The notes beneath the pieces are model-generated. The model ran no database searches. It was not told the DNA's origin and worked only from the letters and a program-made list of their open reading frames with translations. Made by a program: the position numbers and the translations under genes. From the human T2T-CHM13v2.0 reference genome, Homo sapiens, in the NCBI RefSeq assembly GCF_009914755.1, contig NC_060940.1: a DNA stretch of 64,000 nucleotides, one strand, 5' to 3'. How positions within the stretch are numbered: the first letter of the stretch is position 1; each line of letters starts with the position of its first letter. Positions 13,675-31,859 of this stretch are shown piece by piece.

Positions 13675-13975
13675 GGCCAGGCACGGTGACTCACGCCTGT
13701 AATCCCAACACTTTGGGAGGCCGAGGCGGACGGATCACTTGAGGTCAGGAGTTCAAGACCAGCCTGACCAACATGGCGAAACCCTGTCCCTACTGAAAAT
13801 ACAAAAATTAGCCAGGCATGGCGCCATGAGCCTGTAATCCCAGCAACTCAGGAGGCTGAGGCAGGAGAATCACTTGAACCCAAGAGGTGGAGGTTGCGGT
13901 GAGCCGAGGTTGCACCACTGCACTTCAGCCTGGGCAACAGAGCGAGACCCCGTCTCAAAAAGAAAAAGGAAAAGA
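13675..13975 (+). mobile_element. AluS (Sx/Sz-like)
   Basis: Full dimer with A-rich tail. Confidence 0.97.
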
Positions 13976-15055
13976 AGGAATGATGGAAGATAGAATTGAG
14001 GTAGTATCCCAGGAAGTAAAATACTAGAGAGATAGAAAATTAAAGAGAAAATAATGAGCAAATGAGAACCAGTTTAGGAGGTTTAACATCCAATAGATAA
14101 AATCCAAGGTCCACTTTATCTCTTTTATTATTCTAGAATTCCTGTAAAAGAACTGAATGCAGTAAAATGTACCCAAAGTTAGGACACATTTTTCCTTTTT
14201 AAAAGGACTCACCATGGACCAGCACAATGAATGATAAAATAGTCCTGCAAGAAGACTTACTGTCATAAAATTTTAAACACCTAAGATAGAGAAGATCTTC
14301 AAAAACTCAGAAAGTACTGTGACTCATGAGGACATTTGATATTTCTGAGAAAAACAGAAAGCTAGATGGCCATTGAGAAATGTTTCTAAATGCTGAATGT
14401 GGGAATATTTATTTTGAAACTCAGTTTCAATGCTTAGTTAAACTGTTAATCTGGTGGAAGGGAGAAATGGGGGCACTTTTAGACATGCAAGATCTCAAAA
14501 TGAAATTGCCATCTCTTACACCATTTCTCAGGAAGATACTAGAAAATGTGTTCCAAAAAATGAGGAAGTAATCCAACAAGCAAGATTACAAAGAATTCAG
14601 GAATAAAGGCTGCAGTGCACGAGAGAAATGAAGCAAGTCATCAAGAAGCAGAGAAGGCAAATTCCAGGATGACAGTTGTAAAGAGGCCAAGAAAGAAGGC
14701 TTACAGTGCAGGCAGAGATGGACAGAAGGCTTTAAGAAGGATATGTCAGAGTTGGGGGACAGATAAGAATGCAGGGATAAGCATTTGGTAAATTACCTGA
14801 TAAATTTTTCTGCATACATTTATGTATCTGCTAGAGTTTGTGATAAACTACTAATAGGTGCAAATCAAATCACAAACTTTAGCAAGAGGTGACTATCTGT
14901 TCATTCTTGTTATTGGACTGAACTGGAATTCATTGACCTGGTGCGGTAATGCCAAACATCCACCCTGAGGTTTGGAGCAGGAGAAAGGAGGGTGTTTATT
15001 TGGAGAGTGCCAAACAAGAAGAATCCAGCAGCTCATACTTAAGACCTGACCTTTC

Positions 15056-15359
<304 letters not shown>

Positions 15360-15476
15360 TTACCTTTTTCCTTTCTGATAGCTTTCAAGTAAGGGTCTTT
15401 AAAGGAAGGGGTAAATTTTAGGAAAGCAGAAGTTACAGACAAAATCCTAAATCAATACATTAAGGTGATACATTGA

Positions 15477-15774
<298 letters not shown>

Positions 15775-16671
15775 TAGGGCAGGATATTTTTATTTGGGGG
15801 CTTACAGGTTATAGATAGATGCAAAGGTTTCCTTATTTGTAATTGGTAGGAAGAGAAGCTTTGTTTAAAATATGGGGTTAAGGGAAAAGGTTAGCTCTGG
15901 CTCATGGATATGATTTTCTCCAGGCTTTTCAGGAAGACATTTAGAGCAAAGACCTGCAGTCAAAATTTAGTCCTCAGTTTCTCCTTCTCTGAGGTCTATG
16001 TGACAGCAGATCTGTTTGGAGGAGGTCCAGATTTCTGAAAAACTCATGGACATATGTTAAGCTGTTATCTTTAGTTTCTGTAGGGAACCAAACATCCTAC
16101 AATTTTAACTTCCTTGGCTATTGTTTTAAGCTGCTATTACCTTCTTGCTTGTTGAGTTGCCTATTTACTTCTCAGGGCTAGCTTAGGTACCTAGAATTTC
16201 CTTTACCGAACTGAAGATTTTCCTTTCTTTTTCTATGCCGGCCCGTATGAGGGGTTCCTACTCTGTCTCATTTTGAGCAAACCAGTATACCATGATTATT
16301 TCACTACTACTGTATAAATATTGCTCAATAAAAAGCAACTTTAACTGCTTATTATTTAACTCATAATTGTGATATAAATATATTGAGAGATACATGTAAA
16401 ACCACTAAATGTTCATCATTCATATTGGGAACTTGACAGTGTCTAAAATTGATAAGCCTTGAAATAGCACCATAAATACACTTTTAAAATACAGACAGCT
16501 ATCAGAAGAAAAAGTTAAAGGAATTTAAAGTAGTGGTTGTATTCATGAGAGGAATGGAGGCATTTTCTAAAAACCTATTGATATTTGTATACTATTTCAT
16601 CTTTATGAACTATGGTTTTTATGTTACTTTTAAATATATATTATATTTTATATTGTAATAATCATCGAAGA

Positions 16672-17213
16672 TGTGAGACGTTAAGATATGCCACCCAGAA
16701 TATACTTCTTTGGCATATTTCCAGATGGCTATTCAGGGAAACAGGCTTAGCTTTAAAAAACTGTCCTTTTGTAAAAGAAAACTACTTCTAGAAAGAAAAT
16801 CTACATTAGTGAAGCAAAGAGTGGATTCTGTCTTTCTCTTAAAGCCCCTCCTCTGCCTTATGTGGATCTAGGAATGATTAACTCACAGGAAAAGGAAATT
16901 AAGAGTCTAACACATTTTAAGGTCTGACAAAGACACTTTTACCAAAGGCTATCATCTGTTCTTCTGGACCAGGGAGACTTTATCTGCATAATAAGACAAC
17001 AACTTTTGTTTGCAGTGTGTTTCTTCTCCCAGGATCTCCAAGCTCCTTCCCTTTCTGTACAACATAAAAACTTTAGTCATCTGGGCCTTCTTAGTTTCAT
17101 TATTTTCTGTGGTTCCCATGCACATGTGCACCTTGATAAATGTTTATGCCTTTTCTCCTGTTCACCTAATGGTCTAATGCCAGTTTATTTTAGCAGGTTC
17201 CTCCTGCCCTACA
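16672..17213 (+). mobile_element. Solo ERV1 LTR, MER34-like
   Basis: 'tgtgagacg..atatgccacccagaatatacttctttggcata'...'ctgccctaca'; flanks aaga/aagg. Confidence 0.75.
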
Positions 17214-18362
<1,149 letters not shown>

Positions 18363-18984
18363 ATTATATACATTGTTAAAAAGTGTGGATATAAATTATA
18401 ATTAATTATATTTTATTAAAATATATAGTATAACTTAGATAATTATGCATTTATATAATTAATTTATAAAATATTATATAGTATATTCTAGATCTTTATA
18501 GATAGTACCTTTTTATCAGATCCATTCTGAAAATAGCCAATTTCATGATATATTTTCAAAATATAAGTTTAATGTTAAAACTTATCTTTAGTATTCAATG
18601 ACCTTTATGTAGACCTAATTTTCTTAAATACACTTTCCTATCAATGGGTTTGTAGCAGGACAAGCTGCAGACAAAACCCCTCAGACACCGAGTTAAAGAA
18701 GGAAGGGCTTTATTTGGCAGGGAGCTTCGGCAAGACTCACGTCTCCAACAACCAAGCTCACCGAATGAAAAATTCCTGTCCCTTTTAAAGGCTCATAACT
18801 CTAAGGGGGTCCATGTGAGAGGGTCGTGATCGACTAAGCAAGCAGGGGGTACATGACTGGGGGCTGCATGTACCAGTAATTAGAACGGAGCAAAACAGGA
18901 CAGGGATTTTCACAGTGCTTTTCCATACAATGTCTGTAATCTATAGATAACATAACTGATTAATTAGGTCAGGGGTCGATCTTT

Positions 18985-21876
<2,892 letters not shown>

Positions 21877-22859
21877 TTAACTACCAGGCCCAGGGTGTGG
21901 TGCCGGGCTGTCTGCTTGTGGATTTCATTTCTGCCTTTTAGTTTTTACTTCTTCTTTCTTTGGAGGCAGAAATTGGGCATAAGAAAATATGAGGGGTGGT
22001 CTCCTCCCTTAGGTTCAAGCTGTATTGTTTCTTCTCTGCTCATTTAAGATGTCAAATTTATGCCTTGCTTTGGGATTAATGGCTGTTCCTATTTTTTGCA
22101 TCAACTTTCTGAAAATGAGCCAATCATGTAATGTCATAAAGCAGGTTTGTCATAAAATGTCTCTGATGAACAAGAACAATTCCACAGTACAAAAAGTCTT
22201 TCAAAGCAGTCACCCAGAAGCCCAGGAATAGAGAACTTGAATTTTATGATCCATATCAATATTTTACTGTGGTTACAAATCTAACACAGATGCCAAGATA
22301 TTTTATGTTGCCAAATGCTTCTTTTATTTTTCAGCACATGTTGTGTGTTCTATTTAGTAGTGAACACATCTGTTAGAACGTTTTTCTTTTCTCTCTCCCT
22401 GCATGTTTTTTTTGTTTGTTTGCAATTCTAGTTCCTCCAAAGATACAAACTCATACATCAACTCAATGCATGTTTTATGACTTACAAACATTGTTAAATG
22501 ATGCTATTCTAAACAGTTGTGGGTTAGGAAATGACTGCTTTGGGAAAGGTATTTTTAGTGGCAAAAGTACTTTTCATTAATCTCAGTTCTCCAGGTTTAG
22601 AATCCAGACAGAGCAGGAGAACTCTGAAAGCCACTGGGTTTCAGATTCTCTGGGAGTATGCACATAGAGCAAGGGCAGAAATAAACGGGTGTTTCGTGCG
22701 ATGCTATGTGATGGATTTTCTACTTGCCCTTCTTTACTTCAAGTTGAAATCACTCACCAGGCTGGCAGAAGTTTGCTTAAAAGGTGCAGGGGTGAGGGTG
22801 GAGGAGCCAATGTGCTTGCTTTTCCTGCCAATGAAACTAGGAGGTACGTTATTTTTAAG

Positions 22860-23220
22860 AGTCTCTGCCAGTCCTCCCCACTCCGTCTGCACCAGCCCAT
22901 CTTCCCCACCGAGTTGAATCAACATTTTCAGTGGCAGCCCCTCTGGAGTAATCAATGAGAGGTGTTGCTGGGAGAGGAACTGAATGATTTAGCACAATGG
23001 TAAGGCAGCATATCGACCACCAACAGCAGGAGGTGGGGGGCCGACTGACAGTGGCTTTTATAGCCTCTGCCTCCTTGTGCATAATGGGGAAGAGTGGAAT
23101 AGTGCAAGGACTCTGTATCTGTCAGGCACAGATAATCTTTCCTTTTGACACAGTCAATTGGGATGTCATTTGCATTTTCGATTGAAGGGAGATGAATACA
23201 CAATTGAGTTAAGGAGCAGA
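22860..23220. promoter_or_regulatory. Candidate enhancer in a repeat-free island
   Basis: TAATCAAT 22949, TGATTTAG 22985, CACAATGG 22993, TGACAG 23046, CTGTCA 23119, AGATAA 23130, octamer ATTTGCAT 23168; motif evidence only. Confidence 0.35.
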
Positions 23221-24190
23221 ATCCCTCAAGGCAAGTGAAAAAAAATTAAAATTTCAGAAGACATGTGTGTATGTGCCCGTGCATGTGCTTGTATGTGTGT
23301 TTGTGTGGCAGGGAGAAATCTGGTTATATACTGTTCTTTGGTTCGAACAAATTTGACCCACAGAAGCTTCCTCAATCCAGCCTCACCTGAATCAACCTTC
23401 CACCCTTTATTATTTTAACAGAGGCACTGGAGACTTAATTTGCTCTTAAATTTGTCTTTTTAAAAAATTGTTATTGACAATCAGAGTAGCAATAAGGTTT
23501 TTTACCAACAGCGAATCCGTACGGGTCTGCAGCAACCTGAATTTTTACCTCCTTAGAAGAAAGAGGGGCATAAGGCAGAAGGAGAGACCAAGGCAAGTTT
23601 TAGAGCAGGAGTGAAAGTTTATGAAAAAGCTTTAGGGCAGAAATGAACAAAAGGAAGGAAAGTACACTTGGAAGAAGGCCAAGCGAGCAACTTGAAGAAC
23701 AAGCGCACATTTTGACCTTTTGACTTGGGGTTCTATGTGATGGCATACTTCTGAGGTCGTGTGTCACTTCTCCCCTGATTCTTCTTTTGGGGTCAGCCGT
23801 CCTTGTGTGCAGTGACCTAGCAGCACTTGGGACTCAGTGTGTTTATCGGAGCGGTACTCATGCTCACTTGAGGTGTTCTTCCCTTACCAAATGAATATCC
23901 CTACGAGGTCATTTACTAGCTTAATTCTGCCATTTTGCCTCTTACTCAGCAAGCTTGAGTTCACTCACCCCAACTCCAGAGATCTTATCAGGAAGCTGTT
24001 GATCATCGCTTTCAGGTTTTCTCTATGTGGAGGCTGCCTTTCCCTGGGGCCATCTGCACGTATTATTATTTTAGAGAGTTTAGAGAGACAGTTAACAACC
24101 ACCTGACCATCACCTGATGGTCACCTGATATTCCTGGATCCGGGGGGATGAGGGTGGAGACCTCTCCTGCCCTGTTTATGTCTGACTAGG

Positions 24191-25052
24191 TGAGGTGAAA
24201 GGAAAATACTTTGGGCCCCGAAAATTACTAAGCTAAAAGTAAGATCCAAGCTGGAAACTACTCAGGGCAAACCTGCCACCCATTCTGTTCAAAGTCATCC
24301 CTCTGCTTACTGAGAAATGGATACATGTTCTGTGTCAGGCCTCTGAGCCCAAGCTAAGCCATCATATCCTCTGTGACCTGCACATATACATCCAGATGGC
24401 CTGAAGTAACTGAAGAATCACAAAAGAAGTGAAAATGGCCTGTTCCTGCCTTAACTGATGACATTACATTGTGAAATTCCTTCTCCTGGCTCATCCTGCC
24501 TCTAAAGCTCCCCCACTGAGCACCTTGTGTCCCCTCGCCCCTGACCACCAGAGAACTACCCCCTTTGACTGTAATTTTCCATTACCTACCCAAATCCTAT
24601 AAAACGGCCCCACCCCTATCTCCCTTCGCTGACTCTCTTTTTGGACTCAGCCCACCTGCACCCAGGTGAAGTAAACAGCCTTCTTGCTCACACAAAGCCT
24701 GTTTGGTGGTCTCTTCACACGGACGCGAGTGAAATTCTGATTGCCTCCTTTGGAAAGACTTAGCAGAGACTCAAACAATGCAACTATTTTTCTCTCACCT
24801 ACCTGTGACCTGGAAGCCCCTCCCTGCTTTGAGTTGTCTCCGCCTTTCTGTACTGAACCAACATACTTCTTACATGTATTGATTGATGTCCCATGTGTCC
24901 CTAAAATGAATAAAACCTAGCTGTGCCCCAACTGCCTTGGGCACATGTCATCAGGACCTCCTGAGGCAGTGTCACAGGTGCACGTCCTTAACTCTGACAA
25001 ATAAACCTCCTAAAATAATTGAGACTTGTCTCATCATTTGTCTCAATTGACA
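24191..25052 (+). mobile_element. MER4 (A/B-like) solo LTR nested in MER50 and split by LTR7
   Basis: 'gtgaaaggaaaat..ttgggcccc..actaagctaaa' start, 'aataaacctcctaaaa...ttgaca' end. Confidence 0.85.
24333..24734 (+). mobile_element. HERV-H solo LTR (LTR7 family)
   Basis: TGTCAGGCCTCTGAGCCCAAGC...GGACGCGAGTGAAA; perfect 5-bp TSD ttctg (24328-24332 / 24735-24739); TATAAAA at 24598. Confidence 0.96.
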
Positions 25053-25280
25053 CTTCCTACTGTAACAGTTTTGGTCACTGATTAAGACTGAGTTTGCAGA
25101 TGTACATGCCTGTAAATGTAACTCTTAGCTGCCTTGATAAGAAGGATGGTGTAAAAAGATTGCCAGACGGTCCTGAGCAAAGGAGTCAGTAATTGTGTGT
25201 GTGGCAGCGGGTCGGGGTGGGGAATCTGATGTGCTGATTCTACAGCATGGTTATGAATCTTAAAAAACCAGGTTTCGTCT

Positions 25281-25590
<310 letters not shown>

Positions 25591-26300
25591 AAAGCAGGTT
25601 TCATAACTATATCACTGTAACTTCCACAACTAGATGGGAAGCCAAAATCTGCATATTTACTTTCCTTTTTCTTTTTTTTCCCCAAGGGAATCTATCTTAA
25701 TATCTAGGATAGTTAATTTTCTTCCTTTACAAAATAACACACAAATAACCTGCTCCATTTCAAATCTGGAATACTGTGAGAGTTTTTAAAAATCATTTTT
25801 AGTTTTTACTATCAAGCTTTTGATGTTAAAATATGTATGATTATAAAGCCTCAAGTAAGAATTAACTTTAAAGCCATAAGTAATTAATTCATTCAAGTTA
25901 CCAGCCTTGAGTAGCACCCAAAATTGTAGCATTTCTTTCCTAATAAACCATATTTACAGTAAACTCTGAGTTCCTTTGGCAGAAACAAATGTGTGGCTGG
26001 AGATAATCTGTTCTAGCTAGTAATGATTAAAAATCTAAATACATAACTGTCTTTTAAACAGTCTTTATCCAAACTGCAGTTTGTGCCTCAAATTCAGAGA
26101 TCCATGGTATAATATCATAATCTATTCCCCTAGATCAATATCTTGTAAATCACGAACCTGATTCTGAGTATAATATATTCAATTGAGTAGTGAGCATGGC
26201 ATGGCATACCTATGAAACCTGGGGATAATGATTAGTTATCAGAAACTACACACTAATCTATTATATCTGACCAGAAGTTTGACTGAATGTATATTAAAAT

Positions 26301-26853
26301 TGTCAGTGGCGTGTGAACCAGAGCAACTCCATCTTAAATAGGAGCTGGGTAAAATGAGGCTGAAGCCTACTGGGCTGCATTCCCAGACAGTTAAGGCATT
26401 CTAAGTCACAGGATGAGATAGGAGGTCAGCACAAAATACAGGTCACAAAGACCTTGCTGATAAAACAGCTTGCAGCAAAGGAGCCAGCCAAAACCCACTC
26501 AAACCAAAATGGCAATGACAGTGACCTCTGGTCGTCCTCACTGCTACACTCCCATCAGCGCCATGGCAATTTCCAAATGCCATGGCAACCTTAGGAAGTT
26601 ACCCTATGTGGTCTAAAAAAGGGAGGCATGAATAATCCACCCCTTGTTTAGCATATAATCAAGAAATAACCATAAAAATGGGCAACCAGCAGCCCTCGGG
26701 GCTGCTCTGTCTATGGAATAGCCATTCTTTTATTCCTTTACTTTCTTAATAAACTTGCTTTCCCTTCGCACTGCGGGCTTCCATGAATTCTTTCTTGCAT
26801 GAGACTCAAGAACCCTCTCTTGGAGTCTGGATCGGGACCCCTTTCCTATAACA
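26301..26853 (+). mobile_element. MER41A solo LTR
   Basis: 553 bp TG..CA; 'gaaccagagcaactccatctt'; junction 'gggaggcatgaataatcc' lacks the MER41B GAS block; TSD aaat/atat. Confidence 0.92.
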
Positions 26854-27599
26854 ATATGACTTCAGCAGAGTTTGGCTCAAAGTTGTTTTGAGATTTATGA
26901 AATGAATGCTATAAGGACAATAATGAGTTTAAATAAATCAATACTAAACTCGTGTCATTTACTTTATTAATACTGGTCCTCCAGAAACATAAACTCTGCC
27001 ATTTTAGGTATTCATGTTTGTGTTCTTCGTTGAATTTGCTTGTTGTCATTTGTTTGTTCTAATGGATACTATTTACTATAGGGAGGAGGAAAAAAACAAA
27101 TTACCTCCCTATGCGAAGCTGTCAGAATGGTGAGAAATTCATTCTAGCTTGTTGAGTTTTGAACAGAAATTAAACTACTGTTTTTCACCTTTGAAGTTAG
27201 TGCACTAAAGGAGGGTTGTGATGTTAGTAATGATTGTATGTGAGCTTTCTAGCTGTCCGTTTTGGGGATTATTATAAATTTTCACAGTGGATTGATTATA
27301 AGAAAGTTGGGGATTTGAGGGGTTTGTTTTTTGTTTTTGGCAGTAGTACACCAGAGAGCCACCTGCTGGCTTCCATGAAGAAACACATCTTTGATATCTG
27401 TGATTGGAAGAAAAAAGAAAAGGGAGGGAAAAAATAAAAAACAAAAAACAGTAACACCAATAAGCAAATCGTTTGAAGAGAATTGACTATTTGGAGGAAG
27501 GATATGTGACTCCAACATCTACATTTATTGCTGACATTTGTATTTTACATGGTTTTTCATATCCCTGTTAAAGGAATTGTTTTTAAAAAGTGATTTAGA

Positions 27600-27719
27600 G
27601 GGCCTTTTTTCTCTCGGAAGTCCCCTCTCTCTCACTAGAGAGAGAGCTGTTTTCCTTTCTCCTTTCTCTTTCTTTTGCCTATTAAACCTCTGCTCCTAAA
27701 AACATAAAAAATAAATAAA
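27600..27719 (+). mobile_element. Polyadenylated retrocopy of an ERV1 LTR R segment (LTR25/MER61-like)
   Basis: ~100 nt LTR-like, ATTAAA at 27681, A-rich tail, 15-nt TSD (13/15) at a TTTT/AAAA site. Confidence 0.75.
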
Positions 27720-28346
27720 AATAAGTAATTTAGATTCATTAAATGTAGCAACAAACACCATCATGGTGTTGAAAAGTGTTTTCATTTTCATTATCTTATG
27801 GAAGTGAGTGTTATTCATATTTTATAGTTGGGGAAGGGCAGCTAGAAACTGAGGCCAACTGCTTTTCAGTTGAACAAGGACCTATGCCATGCATACAGCA
27901 GAGCCAGGACTTCTGATTCAACAGCAGCTGTCCTTTTCATCTTATTCAGAAATCTCATGCATCATTCTTCTTTGTATTACAATTTCTAAACTGCCTTTCA
28001 CCATGTATTCACACTGCATGGTTACTAACATCATCGTTGTGAGTCATTATGATGATAAATTAAGATTGCCTTGTTAAATCCAGAAGCATGAACTGAAAGG
28101 GGGGATTGGTTTAGATATTATTTGAAGAGTAAGGGTGCCCTTTTATTCTATTTTAAATGCTAAATACCACTAGATTTAATTTCTAGTTGGAATAGCCTTA
28201 CTAATTTTTAACCAAGTAAGATTTTTGTTATTATTCAAATGTAGGCGATTTGGTTTAATCCCATTCTTAGTCCCATGGGAGTTGAGGTTTTGTTGTCTTC
28301 TGTTGTCATTAGGCCAGTCAAAATACTAAATATTTCACTTGCATAA

Positions 28347-28697
<351 letters not shown>

Positions 28698-28809
28698 TAA
28701 CTTTACATTTAATTGCCTAGTCAGCCTGCTCTCTTTTCTACTACTTGCATTGTTTTCTATTTCAAATGAAAACTACAGGAACTCTGCAGTCTAGGAATTT
28801 AAACTTGTA

Positions 28810-28960
28810 AATACAAGAAACAGTGATATGGCTTGCTTGGTCTTCCCAGCTCTCATTCACTAGTTGGATGTCATTGGAAAAGTTACTTAACCACCCTGAA
28901 GCATACCCTCTTCATCAGCAAGCATTAGGTTAATGATATCCACCATGAAATTAACAGAGA
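28810..28960 (+). mobile_element. MIR fragment
   Basis: 'cccagctctcattcactagttggatgtcattggaaaagttacttaacc'. Confidence 0.6.
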
Positions 28961-29389
28961 AGGTATTTAGGAATTTTCCATTCCATATAGGCTTTAAAGT
29001 GATTTTGTATATAAAAATGTTTTGTTTAAAAATATTTTATTTCACTCAACATTCATTAAGTACCTATTTTCCCATTCTATATTTTGAAACAATGCCCTTT
29101 TATTTATTTCAGCATTTGTAGGAAATATGATCAAGTCACAGATTTGAGAACTGGAGTACTGTAAAGATTGGGCTGTTCCAATTTATGTGACAGTCCATAA
29201 TTTGATGAGTTCCCTAACCAATGTGATTCTGTTGTTTTGTCATGTTCAGGGACGGAAACTTAGTTATACTGGGAATCTGAATCATGACTTCTGAAGAACT
29301 ACTATTTATAGAATACCTATTATATATGAGAAACTGTCATATTTAATGTCACTCTCATAATTGGAATATTCTTTTCCCTTTAAATAATT

Positions 29390-29910
29390 TTTCATTATAT
29401 TTAGAATAAAACCCAAATTCCTATCTCTGGCTCCTTAGGCCGTTAATGATTGTGCCGCCATTCAGCTCTCCAAACTCCAAACGTATTGCTTTTTCCTGGT
29501 GCCATTGGCCTTTTCTCCTTTTCTCTCCTTGGTGAAGTCCCCACTAACTCAGGACCTTATTCACGTTTTCCTCTGTTTTGTATGCCTCCTCCAGCTCTTT
29601 GTTTGCTTAACTGTGTTCCCCCAAGTTACTTCCCCAGGAAGATTCTGCCATTCTAAGTATTCCAATCTTGCCCTTTACCCTTTGATATAATCTTTTATTG
29701 CATCTCTTACTTCACAAAAGTTATCATAATTTGAAATTGGGCATCTGGCTGTTTATATCAGCACTCCTTGGCTTCTTCCCAAATTCCAAAAGGCAGAGAT
29801 GTTGACTGTTTCTTTATGAACAGGCAGCCCATCCAAGCACACTTTGTTAATAAACATATAGCCCTTCCTAGCAGTGTGCTTGGTCCGTAAAAGTCAATCA
29901 ATGTATATGT
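29390..29910 (+). mobile_element. L2 3' fragments
   Basis: 'tttagaataaaacccaaattcct' and 'cctagcagtgtgcttggtccgtaaaagtcaatcaatgtat'. Confidence 0.55.
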
Positions 29911-31164
29911 GCACATTATGAGAATTAACTTTTTAAGGGCAGATTTACTATTCTCATTTTACAGAGGGGGAAACTTGAAGGTATCAAGTAGCAAATGTTA
30001 GACACCTAGTCATTAGCCAATCCCTTTTTGAACCAGTCTACCCCACTACAAGCCTTTCTATCAGTCTCTCACACCCTAAATGTACTCACAGATTTTCAGA
30101 AAGACATTTCTTTGGAGAAGGATTCCATCATTAATCCCCGGATTACATGCAGCAAACAGGAAAGGTGAGAGACTGATTTTGGAGAAGAACAAATCTACAC
30201 CTTAGAGGAAGGCCTCTGCTGTCTGACAGTTCCCAGAATATCAGGCCCACACTGGAGTCTGGTGCTGAGAAACCCTAAAGAGGACAGAGAAACTTGCTTC
30301 ACTCCTCTGGGGAAAGAAGGGCTGATGATCATTAACACTTAAAAGCTGAGGCTGGTCCTGACGTTGCTAGCTCCACAGCAGGGAACCTTTAATATAAAGC
30401 ACTGCCTTCATTAGCAATGCAGAGAATAAGCTCTGCAGATCTTTCTCAAGATTGAAAAGGGAAAATACTCTTTGGAAAAAATACTTTTTGGAAATCTTTT
30501 TTTTTTTTCTTTAGTGGCATAGTTCAACAGTCCCCTGGGCACTCATCAGTCTAATCACACTTCATGGGTCCTCATGCATGAAGAAATGCGTCCCAAAATT
30601 GGTGCTACAGTTGCCTAGGAATCTGATAAAATAAAAACATAAATACATAGATTCTAACTTCATAAAGCAGATCTATTAAAGCTTAATCCCTGTAGTAGGC
30701 CTGGTAACCTGCATTTCCCCAAATATTCTTAAAGTGATTCTCAAACTTTAAACCAATACCTAGACACTAGTCTGCTCCTTCATCCTTCTGTAGAGATTGT
30801 AGCTTAGTCAAAAGCCATTTTCTATGTCTGCACTGAATAGCTATCAATCTGTCTCACAGTTTCACAGAAGATTAAAATGAGCCCCAATTACTGCACACAT
30901 TAAATAATAAAGGAATTGATTCTTCTGCCCTGCCACTACTAATATGTCCTATTCACATGAGGAAGAGTTTCTGCATCCAAATAGACTGACTATGTTTTCT
31001 CTAGCACCTATGTGAGCATTTAACACTTGATTTTAAATGTGTGCAAATGAATATTTTGAAGGCTTTCCCTTATTCTTATCAGATAATTGTAATAGGTCAC
31101 CAGACCATCATGTGAACTTTTTCTTCTTTAAGTTCCCAAAAGTATCCAGTTGGCTAATCTAAAT

Positions 31165-31400
31165 GTTCATTCATTCATCCATTCATATCATCAGCTTGCC
31201 TAAGTGCCTAGTAACAAGCACCCCAAATATCTCAAGGGCTGAATTTGTGTCTTCTACATTGCTGAATCCCTAGGAATTAAAATTATCCAAGAAACGAACT
31301 CTCATACAAAAGAAGACAAAAATATGTCAACAATTGGTTAAGTTCTATGACAGAAGTATATATAAAAGACAATGGTGAGACCACCTAAGCACATAGGAGA
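31165..31400 (-). mobile_element. L2 3'-end fragment
   Basis: (TTCA)n start followed by L2-like sequence. Confidence 0.45.
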
Positions 31401-31859
31401 TTCTCAATAAACAATGGCTGAATGAATAAGCATAGGAAAATAGAAGGTAGAGTAATTTCTTAGCCAGTAGAATGGAATTAAGTTAAAACCAAACCAGACA
31501 GTGAGAACACCTTGTACAAAGACCAATAAGTATTGCAGAGGATTCCTAGTCAGGTTTCTAAATAATGTCTGGGCATGGTTGGAAAGCAGAAGATACGACT
31601 TTTGCAGACATTCACTTTCCCCCTTTTCCACCATATTTGGATTTCTATTGCTTCTCTGTTCTTCCACCTGATTCAGGACTCAGATGATCAAATGTCTGTT
31701 CTGTGATGAGGGGCGTGCTCCACGCTGGACAATTGGCCCTACCATCTTCTCTAGACGGAAATGACCAGTTACATTTATAACTGGCATCCACAAAGACTTG
31801 TCAAGTGTTTTAAGACTGTTTATGGGCTTATTAAAGACAAATTCTAGTAGTGGAAACTA

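Larger units (their letters stand above)
23500..25067 (-). mobile_element. MER50 solo LTR (parts 23500-24190 and 25053-25067)
   Basis: 'gaatccgtacgggtctgcagcaacc...gaggggcataaggcagaaggagagacc'; terminal 'cctactgtaaca' is displaced to 25056-25067 by nested LTRs. Confidence 0.88.

Noticed and set aside
22531-23203. Cluster of overlapping ORFs on both strands in unique sequence
   Set aside because: No recognisable domain or splice structure; better explained by locally higher GC
30580-30760. Possible MER5-type DNA transposon relic
   Set aside because: Too diverged to support without alignment
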